64,000 bases of DNA from Acidobacteriota bacterium (GTDB taxonomy: Bacteria; Acidobacteriota; Thermoanaerobaculia; UBA5066), in contig JAKOVQ010000017.1 of NCBI GenBank assembly GCA_029781975.1, positions 130,074 through 194,073 of the forward strand. The letters run 5' to 3'. A model generated the notes under the pieces. The model saw only the letters and a list, made by a program, of their open reading frames with translations. It was not told where the DNA came from and ran no database searches. Shown in pieces: positions 29,533-38,780 of this stretch. Every line of letters starts with the position of its first letter. Position 1 is the first letter of the stretch. A program made the translations under genes and the position numbers.

Positions 29533-31183
29533 TCAGAACATCTTCCCGAGCTTCGACGCGATCTTCGAGACCTTCACGTAGCCGAAGAAGCGGCCGCTCG
29601 ACATCAGCCCGAGGGCGTCCGGGACCTTCGTCCGCGGGTCGTTCGTGTAGAGCGCCCCGAACGCGCGCTTGATGAACTTCTGGAAGGCTCCGTCGTAGGG
29701 GTACCACCACGGGGCCTCCGTCGAGTCCTGCAGGTCGACGCTGACGTGCTTGACGTTCACCAGCTCCATCAGGCCGTACACCGCGTGGCTCCGGCCGATC
29801 CCGGACTTCTTGATGCCGCCCCAGGTCACGGCCGGCTCGCCGAAGGAGAAGAGGTGGTCGTTGATCGTGACCGTCCCGGCCTTCAGCTCCTCGGCCAGCC
29901 GCCTGGCCAGCTTCGGCGAGCGGGTCCAGCCGGAGGCCGTGAGGCCGTAGACGGAGTCGTTCGCGAGACGGATCGCCTCGTCCAGCGAGGGGACGACCTG
30001 GATCGGGAGGAGGGGCCCGAAGGTCTCCTCGTGCATCACCCGCATGGAGTGGTCGACGTTCGTCAGGACCGTCGGCGGGTACCAGAACCCCTTGACGGAG
30101 GGCTTCTGTCCCCCGGTCAGGACCTTCGCCCCCTTCGCGACCGCCTCGTGGACCTGTTCCTCGACGAAGTCGCGCTGTGCCGCCGTCGTCATCGGGCCCA
30201 TGTCCGTCGACTCGACGAGAGGGTCCCCCATCCGGATCGCCTGCGTCCGCTCGACGACCTTCTCGACGAAGGCCTCGGCCACCTCCGGGACGACGTAGAC
30301 GCGCTCGATCGAGCCGCAGGCCTGCCCGGCGTTGCAGAACGCGCCCCAGACGATCCCCGCGGCCGCCCGGTCGAGGTCCGCGTCGGCGCAGACGATCGCC
30401 GGGTCCTTCCCGCCCAGCTCGAGGACGCACCCGGTGACGTTCCGCGCGCAGAGCTCCATCACGTGCCGGCCCACCTCGACCGACCCCGTGAAGAGGACCT
30501 TCGCGACGTCCGGGTGCCCCACGAGGTGGTCGGTGTCGGACCCCATCGCCGGGACGACGTTGACGACCCCGGGCGGCAGGCCGGCCCGCCGGCAGAGCTC
30601 GCCGATCGCGAGCCCCGTCACCGCCGTCGCGGAGGCCGGCTTCAGGACGACCGTGTTGCCCGCGGCGAGGCAGGCGGCCACCTCGACCATCGGGATCGCG
30701 AAGGGGAAGTTCCAGGGCGTGACGACCGCGACGACGCCGAGCGGCTCGAACTGGAACGACCCCGCCTTGTGGGCGAAGAGGATCTGCTCGTAGTCCACCG
30801 GGCGCGCCGCCAGGAGCTCCTCGGTGAAGCGGGCGTAGTAGCGGAGGGCGTCGGCCGCGGGGACGAGGTCGATGGCGCGGGCCTCGGCGACCGGCTTGCC
30901 CTGCTCCGCCGCGATGAGCGCCGCGAGCTCGTCGTGGCTCCGGCGCACCGCCTCCAGGAGGTTCCCCAGGTGCCGCATCCGGTCCCGGACCGGCCGGCTC
31001 CCCCAGTTCAGGAACGCCTTGCGCGCCGCGGCGACCGCGGCGTCGATCTCGGCGGCGCCGGCGCGGTGGACCTCGGCGAACCTCTCGCCCGAGGCGGGCC
31101 TCAACGTGTGGAACGTGGCCCCCGTCGTCACGTCGAGGCCGTCGATGATCGGCCCCGTCGGGAACGTCAGGTGTCGCTTCAAA
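29533..31183 (-). CDS. NAD(P)+-dependent aldehyde dehydrogenase
   Basis: TWNFPF, VLKPAS, catalytic ELGGK and CNAGQAC motifs; TTG start (LKRHLTFPTGPIIDG) overlapping the stop of the upstream reductase gene; ORF 29533..31896 N-terminus is artifact. Confidence 0.85.
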
Positions 31184-32291
31184 TCATCGCCCCGCGCGTG
31201 ATCTTCTCGACGTGCTGCTTGTAGAACGCCACGAGGGCCTGGACGTACTCGGCGAAGCGGGGGCAGGCCACGCCGAACCGCGCGAGGTCCCCGGTGGCGA
31301 TCGACGCGTCGTACTGGACCGGGTGGTCGAAGTAGTCGAGCGTCGCGGACGGCATGTGGAACCAGTCCTGGACCGGCTGGGGGGCGAAGAGGAGCTTGGC
31401 CGCCATGAGCGGCACGGGGACGTAGACGAAGGTCTTCCCGAGCGACTTCGCGAAGAGCTCCTCCAGCTCGAACGCCGTGCAGGGGCTCGGGTCCGTCAGG
31501 TGGTAGGTCTTCCCGACCGCGCCGGTCCAGGTGGAGAGGCGCGCGATCGCCTCGAGGACGAAGTCGACCGGGACGAGGTTCACCAGCGCGGTGCCGGTGC
31601 CGACCTTGATGAAGGCGCCCGGCGACGGGAGGAGCCGCATCGCGTTGAGGGCGAAGTAGGGGCCGTCGAACTTCGCGGTCTCGCCGGTCTTCGAGTCGCC
31701 GACGACGATCCCGGGGCGGTAGATCGCGCTCGGCAGCTTGCTCTGGACGACCGCCTCCTCGGCGAGGAACTTCGTCTCCTCGTAGTAGTTCTTGAACGAC
31801 TGCCCGACGTCGAGGTCCGTCTCGCGGAAGACGCCGACGGCGGTCCCCGAGACGTACGCGGTCGAGACGTAGTCGAATCGGTTGAGGTGGGGGCACTCCT
31901 CGAGGAAGTGGATGACGTTGCGGGTCCCCTCCACGTTGATCCGCATGGCGACGTCGCGGGCGACGGCGAGGTCGTAGACGGCGGCGAGGTGGTAGCAGCC
32001 CGTCAGCTTCTTGTGGAGGGTCCGGGCATCGGCCTCGGTCATCCCGAGGCCGGGCTGGGTGATGTCCCCGACGACGAGCTCGATCCGCGACGCGAGGCCC
32101 GGGTGCGCGTCGTTCAGCGCGGTGACGGAGTCGCGGGCGGCGCCGAGGAACTTCTCCTGGACGAGGCAGTGGAACCGCGTGTCGGGCCTCAGCTCGAGCA
32201 GCCGCGGGATGAGCCGGGCGCCGATGAAGCCGGGGAACCCCGTGAAGAGGACGGTGTGGGTGCCGGTCGGGGCCGCTTTCTTTCGAGCCAT
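31179..32291 (-). CDS. Thioester-reductase-like / NAD-dependent epimerase-dehydratase family (NAD_binding_4) oxidoreductase
   Basis: Internal ATG MARKKAAPTG; Rossmann TGFPGFIG, YxxxK-type SDR core (YVSTAYVSG...YEETK), extended C-terminal domain as in fatty-acyl/carboxylate reductase R-domains. Confidence 0.75.
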   Translation of the reverse strand: MARKKAAPTGTHTVLFTGFPGFIGARLIPRLLELRPDTRFHCLVQEKFLGAARDSVTALNDAHPGLASRIELVVGDITQPGLGMTEADARTLHKKLTGCYHLAAVYDLAVARDVAMRINVEGTRNVIHFLEECPHLNRFDYVSTAYVSGTAVGVFRETDLDVGQSFKNYYEETKFLAEEAVVQSKLPSAIYRPGIVVGDSKTGETAKFDGPYFALNAMRLLPSPGAFIKVGTGTALVNLVPVDFVLEAIARLSTWTGAVGKTYHLTDPSPCTAFELEELFAKSLGKTFVYVPVPLMAAKLLFAPQPVQDWFHMPSATLDYFDHPVQYDASIATGDLARFGVACPRFAEYVQALVAFYKQHVEKITRGAMI

Positions 32292-32320
32292 CTCATCCCT
32301 CCCTGGTCGGACGGACCAGT

Positions 32321-33154
32321 CTAGAGCAACTCCCCGAGCGCCGGGTCCCGGAGGAGCCTGTCGTCGAATTCGCGAAGCTCCGAAAGGAGCGCCTCGGGTG
32401 CGCCGCACGGAGCGCCGTCGAGCGAGAGCAGGGGCACCGCCGTCGTGAGCGACCCGAGGAGCGCGGCCCCCGCCCTCAGCTCCCCGGCGGTCGGCGCGCG
32501 GCGGACCCCTCGCCCTCGGAGGAACGCCGCCGCCGTGACCGACGGGAGCGCCCCGGGGGCGAGCCCGGCGAGGGCCCCGCCGCACCACGCGACCAGGGCG
32601 GTCGACGTCCCTTCCAGGTATCGGCCGTCGGGATCGCGGAAGAGCCCCTCGTCCCCCCCCTCCCTCCGGGCGTGCCGGAGGCCGAGGACGGCGGACGCAT
32701 AGCTCGTCGTCTTGAGCCCGGGGCCGTCCCGCCTGAGGCCGGAGGGGAGCGACACGCCCCTCGACCCGCGGCGGCGGGCGAGCGTCGAGGCCGGGATCGG
32801 CCGGACGGAGGCGTCGAGGCGCCAGGACGACGGCGCGTCGACGTCGCTTCCGACCGCGATCCACGCGAGCCGGAGCGCCGCCTCGCGGGTCCCGGGAGCG
32901 CCCTCGCCCGGGGGGGAGGCGCCCGCCGTCGCGGCCGTCGCGGCCGTCGCGCCCGCCGCCTCCACCGCCTCCGAGGCCACGGACCTGAGGCGGTCGGGGC
33001 CGGGGGACGGCAGTCCGAGGCTCTCGAGCGACCCGAGGAGGCGGGCCGCGTGCTCGCGCAGCAGGACCGCCCGGCGGCCGACGAGGAGGATCGTCTCGAA
33101 GAAGCCGAGGCCGCGCTCGACGGCCGGCGAGTCGAAGGGAACGGGCTCGTTCAC
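32321..33154 (-). CDS. pabC: Aminodeoxychorismate lyase / class IV aminotransferase family
   Basis: GTG start (VNEPVPFD) overlapping pabB stop (GTGA); fold-type IV PLP enzyme motifs (GLGFFETILLV, KTTSY, EGTSTALVAW); 275-aa N-terminal ORF extension is artifact. Confidence 0.7.
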   Translation of the reverse strand: MNEPVPFDSPAVERGLGFFETILLVGRRAVLLREHAARLLGSLESLGLPSPGPDRLRSVASEAVEAAGATAATAATAGASPPGEGAPGTREAALRLAWIAVGSDVDAPSSWRLDASVRPIPASTLARRRGSRGVSLPSGLRRDGPGLKTTSYASAVLGLRHARREGGDEGLFRDPDGRYLEGTSTALVAWCGGALAGLAPGALPSVTAAAFLRGRGVRRAPTAGELRAGAALLGSLTTAVPLLSLDGAPCGAPEALLSELREFDDRLLRDPALGELL

Positions 33155-34338
33155 GTGTCGCCTCCCCCCGCGACGCCGAGGGCCTCGGCGGCCGCGAGGA
33201 ACTCGAGGGCCTTCGTCTCGGTCTCCTCCCACTCGCTCGACGGGTCGGAGTCCCAGACGATCCCCCCTCCGGTGTGGTAGTCGACCCCTCGCGGCGAGAC
33301 GACGGCGGTCCGGATCGCCACGTTGAAGACCGCGGTGCCGTCGCCCCTCACGTATCCCGCCGCACCCGTGTAGGGGCCCCGCGGCTCCGGCTCGAGCGCC
33401 CGGATGAAGCGGAGGGACGCCCGCTTCGGAGCCCCCGTGATCGAGCCCGCCGGGAGCGTCGCGGCGAGGACGTCCGACAGGCGCGTCCCGCTCGCCAGGC
33501 GGCCCTCGACCGTCGACTCGAGGTGGTGGAGGTGGCGGAAGCTCCGCACGACCCGGAACGACGGGACGCCGACGCCTCCGGGGACCGAGACGCGTCCGAG
33601 GTCGTTCCTCACGAGGTCGACGATCATCACGTGCTCCGCGAGGTCCTTCTCGCTCCGCTCGAGCGCCGCCGCGGCCGCGGCGTCCTCCGGGCCCGCGAGC
33701 CGGCGCGCCGTCCCCTTGATCGGGGAGCTGAAGGCCCTTCCGCCCGCGAGGTCGACGCTCAGGAAGAGCTCGGGGCTGTTGGAGACCACCGCCCAGCCTT
33801 CCGTCGCGATCGTCACCGCGAACGGCACCGGGTTGTCGTCGTGGAGGGCGGCGGCCAGCCGGAACGGCTCGGCCGCTCCGCGCCGCCGGATCCTCCGGGT
33901 CAGGTTCACCTGGTAGACGTCGCCCCTCGCGATCGCCTCCCGGATCTCCGCGACGGCCGCTGCGTGTCCGCTGGCGTCGAGCGGACGGCCGTCCGCTCCG
34001 CCGCCCGCGGGAGACGCCGCCCGGGTCTCTCCGTCCAGGCCGCCGGCCGACTCCCCGTCGACGCGGAAGAGCCCGAACCACGCGAGGGGCGTCGCCTCGG
34101 GCGGCCGGAAGACCCCGGCGGAGCCCTCGAGCGCGACTCCCGCCTCGTAGGTCAGGAAACCCGCGGCCAGCAGGCCGGGATCCCGGGAGGACGCCACGGC
34201 GTCGAGGAACGCGAGCGCCTCGCCGAGCCCGTCCGGGTCGTCCGCCGCCACCTCGACCACCCGCTCGGGCGCGCGGAGGGCGAGCGGGTCGCGGAGCCTC
34301 CACCCGGCGCCGCGGAAGAGGACGTTCGCCTTCCTCAC
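33151..34338 (-). CDS. pabB: Aminodeoxychorismate synthase component I (anthranilate synthase-like)
   Basis: 395 aa; chorismate-binding domain (SNSPELFL, GTARR, VRNDLGRV, GSITGAPK, PRGPYTGAAGY). Confidence 0.8.
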   Translation of the reverse strand: MRKANVLFRGAGWRLRDPLALRAPERVVEVAADDPDGLGEALAFLDAVASSRDPGLLAAGFLTYEAGVALEGSAGVFRPPEATPLAWFGLFRVDGESAGGLDGETRAASPAGGGADGRPLDASGHAAAVAEIREAIARGDVYQVNLTRRIRRRGAAEPFRLAAALHDDNPVPFAVTIATEGWAVVSNSPELFLSVDLAGGRAFSSPIKGTARRLAGPEDAAAAAALERSEKDLAEHVMIVDLVRNDLGRVSVPGGVGVPSFRVVRSFRHLHHLESTVEGRLASGTRLSDVLAATLPAGSITGAPKRASLRFIRALEPEPRGPYTGAAGYVRGDGTAVFNVAIRTAVVSPRGVDYHTGGGIVWDSDPSSEWEETETKALEFLAAAEALGVAGGGDT

Positions 34339-34356
34339 TCCGGTAGTCTAGGCGGC

Positions 34357-34782
34357 GTGAGCAGCGACGCCTTCCTCCTCTGGGTCGACACCCCCGTCAA
34401 GGTCCGGTACGCCGAGACCGACGCCCAGCGCGTGGTCTACCACGGCGCCTACATCCCGTGGCTCGAGGTGGGACGGACCGAGTACTGCGAGCGGGCGGGC
34501 TACCCCTACCCGCGCATGGAGGCGGAGGGGGTCCGCATCGTGGTCGTCGACCTGAGGGCTCGCTACCGGCGCGCGGCGCGCTACGGCGACACGGTCACCG
34601 TGAGGACGCGCTTCGCCGACCTGAAGAGCCGGGGGTGCCGCTTCGCCTACGAGGTCCGCCTCCCGGACGGGAGCCTCGCCGTCGAGGCCGAGACCGACCA
34701 CATCTTCACCGACGTTACGGGCCGCCCGATCTCGATTCCGCGGGCCGTGCGGGAGGCCTTCGTCTCGTTCGCCGGGCGGTGA
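34357..34782 (+). CDS. Acyl-CoA thioesterase, YbgC/4HBT hot-dog family
   Basis: Plus strand; PVKVRYAETDAQRVVYHGAYIPWLEVGRTEY matches the YbgC/tol-pal-associated thioesterase N-terminus; GTG start only 18 bp from the divergent pabB start. Confidence 0.7.
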   Translation: MSSDAFLLWVDTPVKVRYAETDAQRVVYHGAYIPWLEVGRTEYCERAGYPYPRMEAEGVRIVVVDLRARYRRAARYGDTVTVRTRFADLKSRGCRFAYEVRLPDGSLAVEAETDHIFTDVTGRPISIPRAVREAFVSFAGR

Positions 34783-34847
34783 GGCCGGCGGGCTTCCGGG
34801 GGGGATCGCGGGCGACCGGCGGGGCGAGCCGCCGGGAAGGCACCCGG

Positions 34848-35342
34848 TCAGCCGGTGGACGCGCCGCGCGGGAGCTTGCGGACGAGCGCCTCGCGGACCA
34901 TCGGCGGCACCAGCCCCGACACGTCCCCGCCGAGCCGGTGGACCTCCTTGACGAGCCGGCTGGAGAGGTACGAGAGCTCCTCCTTCGGCGTCAGGAAGAC
35001 GGTCTCGACCTCGGGGTCGAGGTGCCGGTTCATCAGCGCCATCTGGAACTCGTACTCGAAGTCCGAGACGACCCTCAGGCCCCGGACGACGATGTTGGTC
35101 CCCTCGGCCCGGAGGAAGTCGACGAGGAGCCCCGAGAAGGCCTTCACCGTCACCTTCCGCTCGCCGTCGAACGCGCTGCGGATCATCTCGATCCGCTCGT
35201 CCACCGTGAAGAGCGGCGCCTTCTCCGTGTTGCACAGGACCGCGACCAGGACCCTGTCGAAGATGTGACAGCTGCGGCTGATCAGGTCGGAGTGCCCGTT
35301 CGTCATCGGGTCGAACGAGCCCGGGTAGACGGCGATCTTCAT
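34848..35342 (-). CDS. coaD: Phosphopantetheine adenylyltransferase
   Basis: 164 aa; MKIAVYPGSFDPMTNGH (HxGH nucleotidyltransferase motif). Confidence 0.9.
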   Translation of the reverse strand: MKIAVYPGSFDPMTNGHSDLISRSCHIFDRVLVAVLCNTEKAPLFTVDERIEMIRSAFDGERKVTVKAFSGLLVDFLRAEGTNIVVRGLRVVSDFEYEFQMALMNRHLDPEVETVFLTPKEELSYLSSRLVKEVHRLGGDVSGLVPPMVREALVRKLPRGASTG

Positions 35343-35357
35343 CGGCGAAGGCAGATT

Positions 35358-36203
35358 CTAGCCTCGGCCCCGCCCGGAGAGGGCGTCGCCGAGGCGACGG
35401 GCCGAGAGGACGAAGAGGAAGAGGGCCGCCGCCGGGGCCGCCGCGCACCACCACGCGCTCCCGAGGGACTCCCGGGCGTCGGCGAGGGCGCGCCCCCACG
35501 ACGGAGCGGGCGGCGGCGTCCCGAGACCGAGGAAGGAGAGGCCCGCTTCCGTGAGGACCGCGGCGCCGAGGACGTACGGGGCCGTTGCGAGGGCCGGCGC
35601 GAGCGCGCCGGGGAGGACGTGCCGGAAGAGGATACGGGTCGCCGATGCGCCTCCCGCGCGCGCCGCGTCGACGAAGGGCGCGCGGACGAGCCTCCGGGCC
35701 TGGGCGCGGACGAGGCGGGCCGAGTCCGGCCACGACGTCGCCGCGACCAGGACCGCGATCGTCGCCGCGGCGGGAGGGAAGAACGCCGCCCCGGCGGCGA
35801 CCAGGACGAGGGGCGGGAACGCCTGGACGACCTCCACGAGGAAGAGGACGCCCCGGTCGGTCGCGCCGCCGGCGACGCCCGCCAGGGCGCCCGCGAGGGC
35901 GCCGACGGCGATCGAGAGCGCCGCCGCCAGCAGGCCCACGCCGGTCGAGACGCGCGCCCCGTGGACGAGGCGGGCGAGGACGTCCCGCCCGAGGTCGTCC
36001 GTCCCGAGCCAGTGATCGGCGCCGGGGGGCCTGAGCCGGGCGTCGAGGTCGGGCTCGCCGGGGTCCCACGGGATCGGGGCGCGCAGGCCGCCGGGGCCTC
36101 CGGACGGGCCGTGGGCCAGGAGCGGCGCGAGCAGCGCCACGAGGGGGAAGAGGAGGAGGAGCGCGGCGGCCGGGGCGGCCCGGGTCCGGGGCGTCGTCCT
36201 CAC
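35358..36203 (-). CDS. ABC transporter permease (peptide/nickel DppC/OppC-like)
   Basis: 281 aa; HWLGTDDLGRDVL N-terminal motif and EAA-loop region typical of OppC/DppC. Confidence 0.8.
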   Translation of the reverse strand: MRTTPRTRAAPAAALLLLFPLVALLAPLLAHGPSGGPGGLRAPIPWDPGEPDLDARLRPPGADHWLGTDDLGRDVLARLVHGARVSTGVGLLAAALSIAVGALAGALAGVAGGATDRGVLFLVEVVQAFPPLVLVAAGAAFFPPAAATIAVLVAATSWPDSARLVRAQARRLVRAPFVDAARAGGASATRILFRHVLPGALAPALATAPYVLGAAVLTEAGLSFLGLGTPPPAPSWGRALADARESLGSAWWCAAAPAAALFLFVLSARRLGDALSGRGRG

Positions 36204-37162
36204 GAGGCCTCCCCCGGTTCCCGCTCCCCCTCCGCGAGGCGCGGGTCGAGGACGGCGGAAAGGCCGTCCGCGACGGCGCTCGCGACGACCACCGCCGCGC
36301 CGGCGACGACGGTCAGGCCGAGGACCGAGGGGACGTCGCGGGCGAAGACGGAATCGGCGAGGAGCTGTCCCGTCCCCGGGACCGCGAAGAGACGCTCCAC
36401 CAGGACGGAGCCGGCCACCAGCTGCGGGACGAGCGACGCCCCCAGCGCCAGGAGGGGGACCGCCGAGCGGCGGAGGGCGCGGAGGACGGCCGCCGCCTCG
36501 CCCTCGCCCCGCGCCTTCGCCGCGAGGGCCGCGGGCGACGCGAGCGCCTCGAGGAGGCAGGCCCTCACGACGCGCGTCACCGGGGCCAGCGCCGCCAGGC
36601 CCAGCGTGACGATCGGGAGGGCGACGCCGCGGAGCCCCTCCTCCGGCTCCGCCAGGACCGGCGTCCAGCCGAGGCGGACGCCGAAGACGAGGAGGAGCGC
36701 GGTCCCGGTGACGAAGGCGGGCGCGGAGAAGAAGAGGTCTGCGACGAGGCCCGAGAGCCGGTCCGCGGCGCCTCCGGGACGCCGGGCGGCCGCCGCGGCC
36801 AGCGGTACGCCCGCGGCGAGCGCGAGGAGCAGCGCCGCGAGGTTCAGGGCGAGGGTGATCGGGACGGTCTCCGCGATCCGCGCCGCGACCGGGCGCCCGT
36901 CCCGGAACGACCGGCCGAAGTCGAGCCGCGCCGCGCGACCCACCCAGGAGACGAGGCGGACGGCGGCAGGACGGTCGAGGCCGTACGCGGCGCGGAACGC
37001 CGCGACGGCCTCCGGCGAGGCGGGCCGCGCACGAGCGCCGTCCCTCAGGGCGAGCGCCGCCGGGTCGCCGGGCGCCGCGGAGAGGAGCGCGAACACCACC
37101 ACCAGGACGCCCACGAGCGTGGCGAGCGCGGCGAGAGCGCGCCGGAGGAGGGCGCGGAGCAC
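36200..37162 (-). CDS. ABC transporter permease (DppB/OppB-like)
   Basis: 320 aa; six TM helices, binding-protein-dependent transport signature; 4-nt overlap with downstream permease. Confidence 0.8.
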   Translation of the reverse strand: MLRALLRRALAALATLVGVLVVVFALLSAAPGDPAALALRDGARARPASPEAVAAFRAAYGLDRPAAVRLVSWVGRAARLDFGRSFRDGRPVAARIAETVPITLALNLAALLLALAAGVPLAAAAARRPGGAADRLSGLVADLFFSAPAFVTGTALLLVFGVRLGWTPVLAEPEEGLRGVALPIVTLGLAALAPVTRVVRACLLEALASPAALAAKARGEGEAAAVLRALRRSAVPLLALGASLVPQLVAGSVLVERLFAVPGTGQLLADSVFARDVPSVLGLTVVAGAAVVVASAVADGLSAVLDPRLAEGEREPGEAS

Positions 37163-37187
37163 GCCGGCATGTTACCGGCGCGGCGGC

Positions 37188-38780
37188 TCAGAGAGGGGCC
37201 GTACCCCTCCCGGACGTCCAGCCGGCGCCTCCGGGCCAGAAGAGGAAGAGCCCCAGCGGCGACGTCTCGACGTGGTGGATCCGGTCGCTCACCCCCCACG
37301 AGACCGAGACGAAGTGGAGGAACGTGATGGGCTCGTCCTCGTGGATCACCCGCTGCAGCTCGGCGTAGAGGGCCCGCGCCTTCTCCCGGTCGAAGGTCGT
37401 CGCGATCTCGTCCATCAGCGCGTCGGCCTTCGGGTCGCGGTAGAACATGTGGTTCATCCCCTCGGGAGGGACCGCGGTGGACCGGAAATTCGGCGCCAGG
37501 TCCGGGTTGGGGTCGAGGTTCAGGGCGAGCGAGCAGGCCTCGTAGTCCCCGGCGTCGACCGCGGTCGTGAAGGCGCCCCATTCCATCGGGCGGACGTCCA
37601 TCTCGATCCCGGCGTCGCGGTAGGCCCGCTGGACGAGCTCGACGATCTGCCGCTGGCGCTCGCTCCCCGCGCCGATGGAGAGCGTGAACGCGAAGCGCTT
37701 CCCCGCGCGGGACCGGAGACCGTCGGGTCCCTTCCTCCAGCCCGCCTCGTCGAGGAGGGCCGCGGCCTTCGCCGGGTCGTAGGGCCACGGGGGGAGGCTC
37801 GCGTCGTGCGACCAGAGGCCGGGCGGGACCGGCCCGTTCGCGGGACGGGCGAGGCCTCCGTAGAGGGTCCGCGCGATCGTCTCGCGGTCGATCAGCATCG
37901 TCAGCGCCCGCCGCGTCCGCGCGTCGTCGAAGAACGGGAGGCGGTTGTTCCACGCGATGTAGGTGTAGGCGAGCTCGTCGTAGACGAGCGACCTCTGCCG
38001 GCCCCCGCTCGCGTCGACCTCGGCCTTCAGGGCGGCCGTCAGGCGCATCTCGTCGAGCCCTCCGCTCCGGAACGACGGGAACGCCGAGGCCGTCTCGGGG
38101 ACGACGCGGAAGACCACCTGCTCGGCGGCGGGGCGCTCGCCGAAGTACTGCGTGTTCCGGACGAGGCGGAGGAGGCGCCCCGGCTCCCAGTCGGCGAGGC
38201 GGAAGGGGCCGTTGGCGAGCGGGCGGCGGTTCCGCGGGTTCGACGTCAGGTCGGTCCCGCGGTAGAGCTTCGCCGGGAGGAGCGGGAGGTTGAAGGCGTC
38301 CCGCTGGCCGACGGAGGGGCGCGAGAACGTCACCCGCGCGGTCAGCGGGTCGACGACCTCGGCCTTCTCCATCGCGTCGAAGAGGCTCTTGCGGTAGAGC
38401 GCCGGCGTCTTCGGGTCCACGATCGCCTGGAGGGTGTAGGCGACGTCGTCCGCGGTGACCGGCGACCCGTCCTCCCACGTCTCCCCCGGACGGAGCTTCA
38501 CGGTGTAGACGAGGTGCGCGGGGTCCGACTCGACCGAGGCGGCGAGGCCGGGGACGAGGTTCAGCTTCTCGTCGTAGTCGAGGAGGTTCCTCGACAGGAG
38601 CGCCAGGACGACGTTCTCGGGGTCGGAGGTCGCCAGGAGGGGGTTCAGGGCGCGCGGCTCCCCTTCCAGCCGCCGGTTGATCACGGCCTCCTGGTCCTTC
38701 CCCACCCGGCCGCAGGCGGCGGCGAGGACCGCCGCGAGGAGGGGAAGCGCGAGGCGGAGGAGGCGGGACCGCGCTCTCAT
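37188..38780 (-). CDS. ABC transporter substrate-binding protein, family 5 (peptide/nickel)
   Basis: Internal ATG MRARSRLLRLALPLLAAVLAAACG (lipoprotein signal plus Cys), SBP_bac_5 fold along 530 aa; upstream ORF extension is artifact. Confidence 0.85.
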   Translation of the reverse strand: MRARSRLLRLALPLLAAVLAAACGRVGKDQEAVINRRLEGEPRALNPLLATSDPENVVLALLSRNLLDYDEKLNLVPGLAASVESDPAHLVYTVKLRPGETWEDGSPVTADDVAYTLQAIVDPKTPALYRKSLFDAMEKAEVVDPLTARVTFSRPSVGQRDAFNLPLLPAKLYRGTDLTSNPRNRRPLANGPFRLADWEPGRLLRLVRNTQYFGERPAAEQVVFRVVPETASAFPSFRSGGLDEMRLTAALKAEVDASGGRQRSLVYDELAYTYIAWNNRLPFFDDARTRRALTMLIDRETIARTLYGGLARPANGPVPPGLWSHDASLPPWPYDPAKAAALLDEAGWRKGPDGLRSRAGKRFAFTLSIGAGSERQRQIVELVQRAYRDAGIEMDVRPMEWGAFTTAVDAGDYEACSLALNLDPNPDLAPNFRSTAVPPEGMNHMFYRDPKADALMDEIATTFDREKARALYAELQRVIHEDEPITFLHFVSVSWGVSDRIHHVETSPLGLFLFWPGGAGWTSGRGTAPL

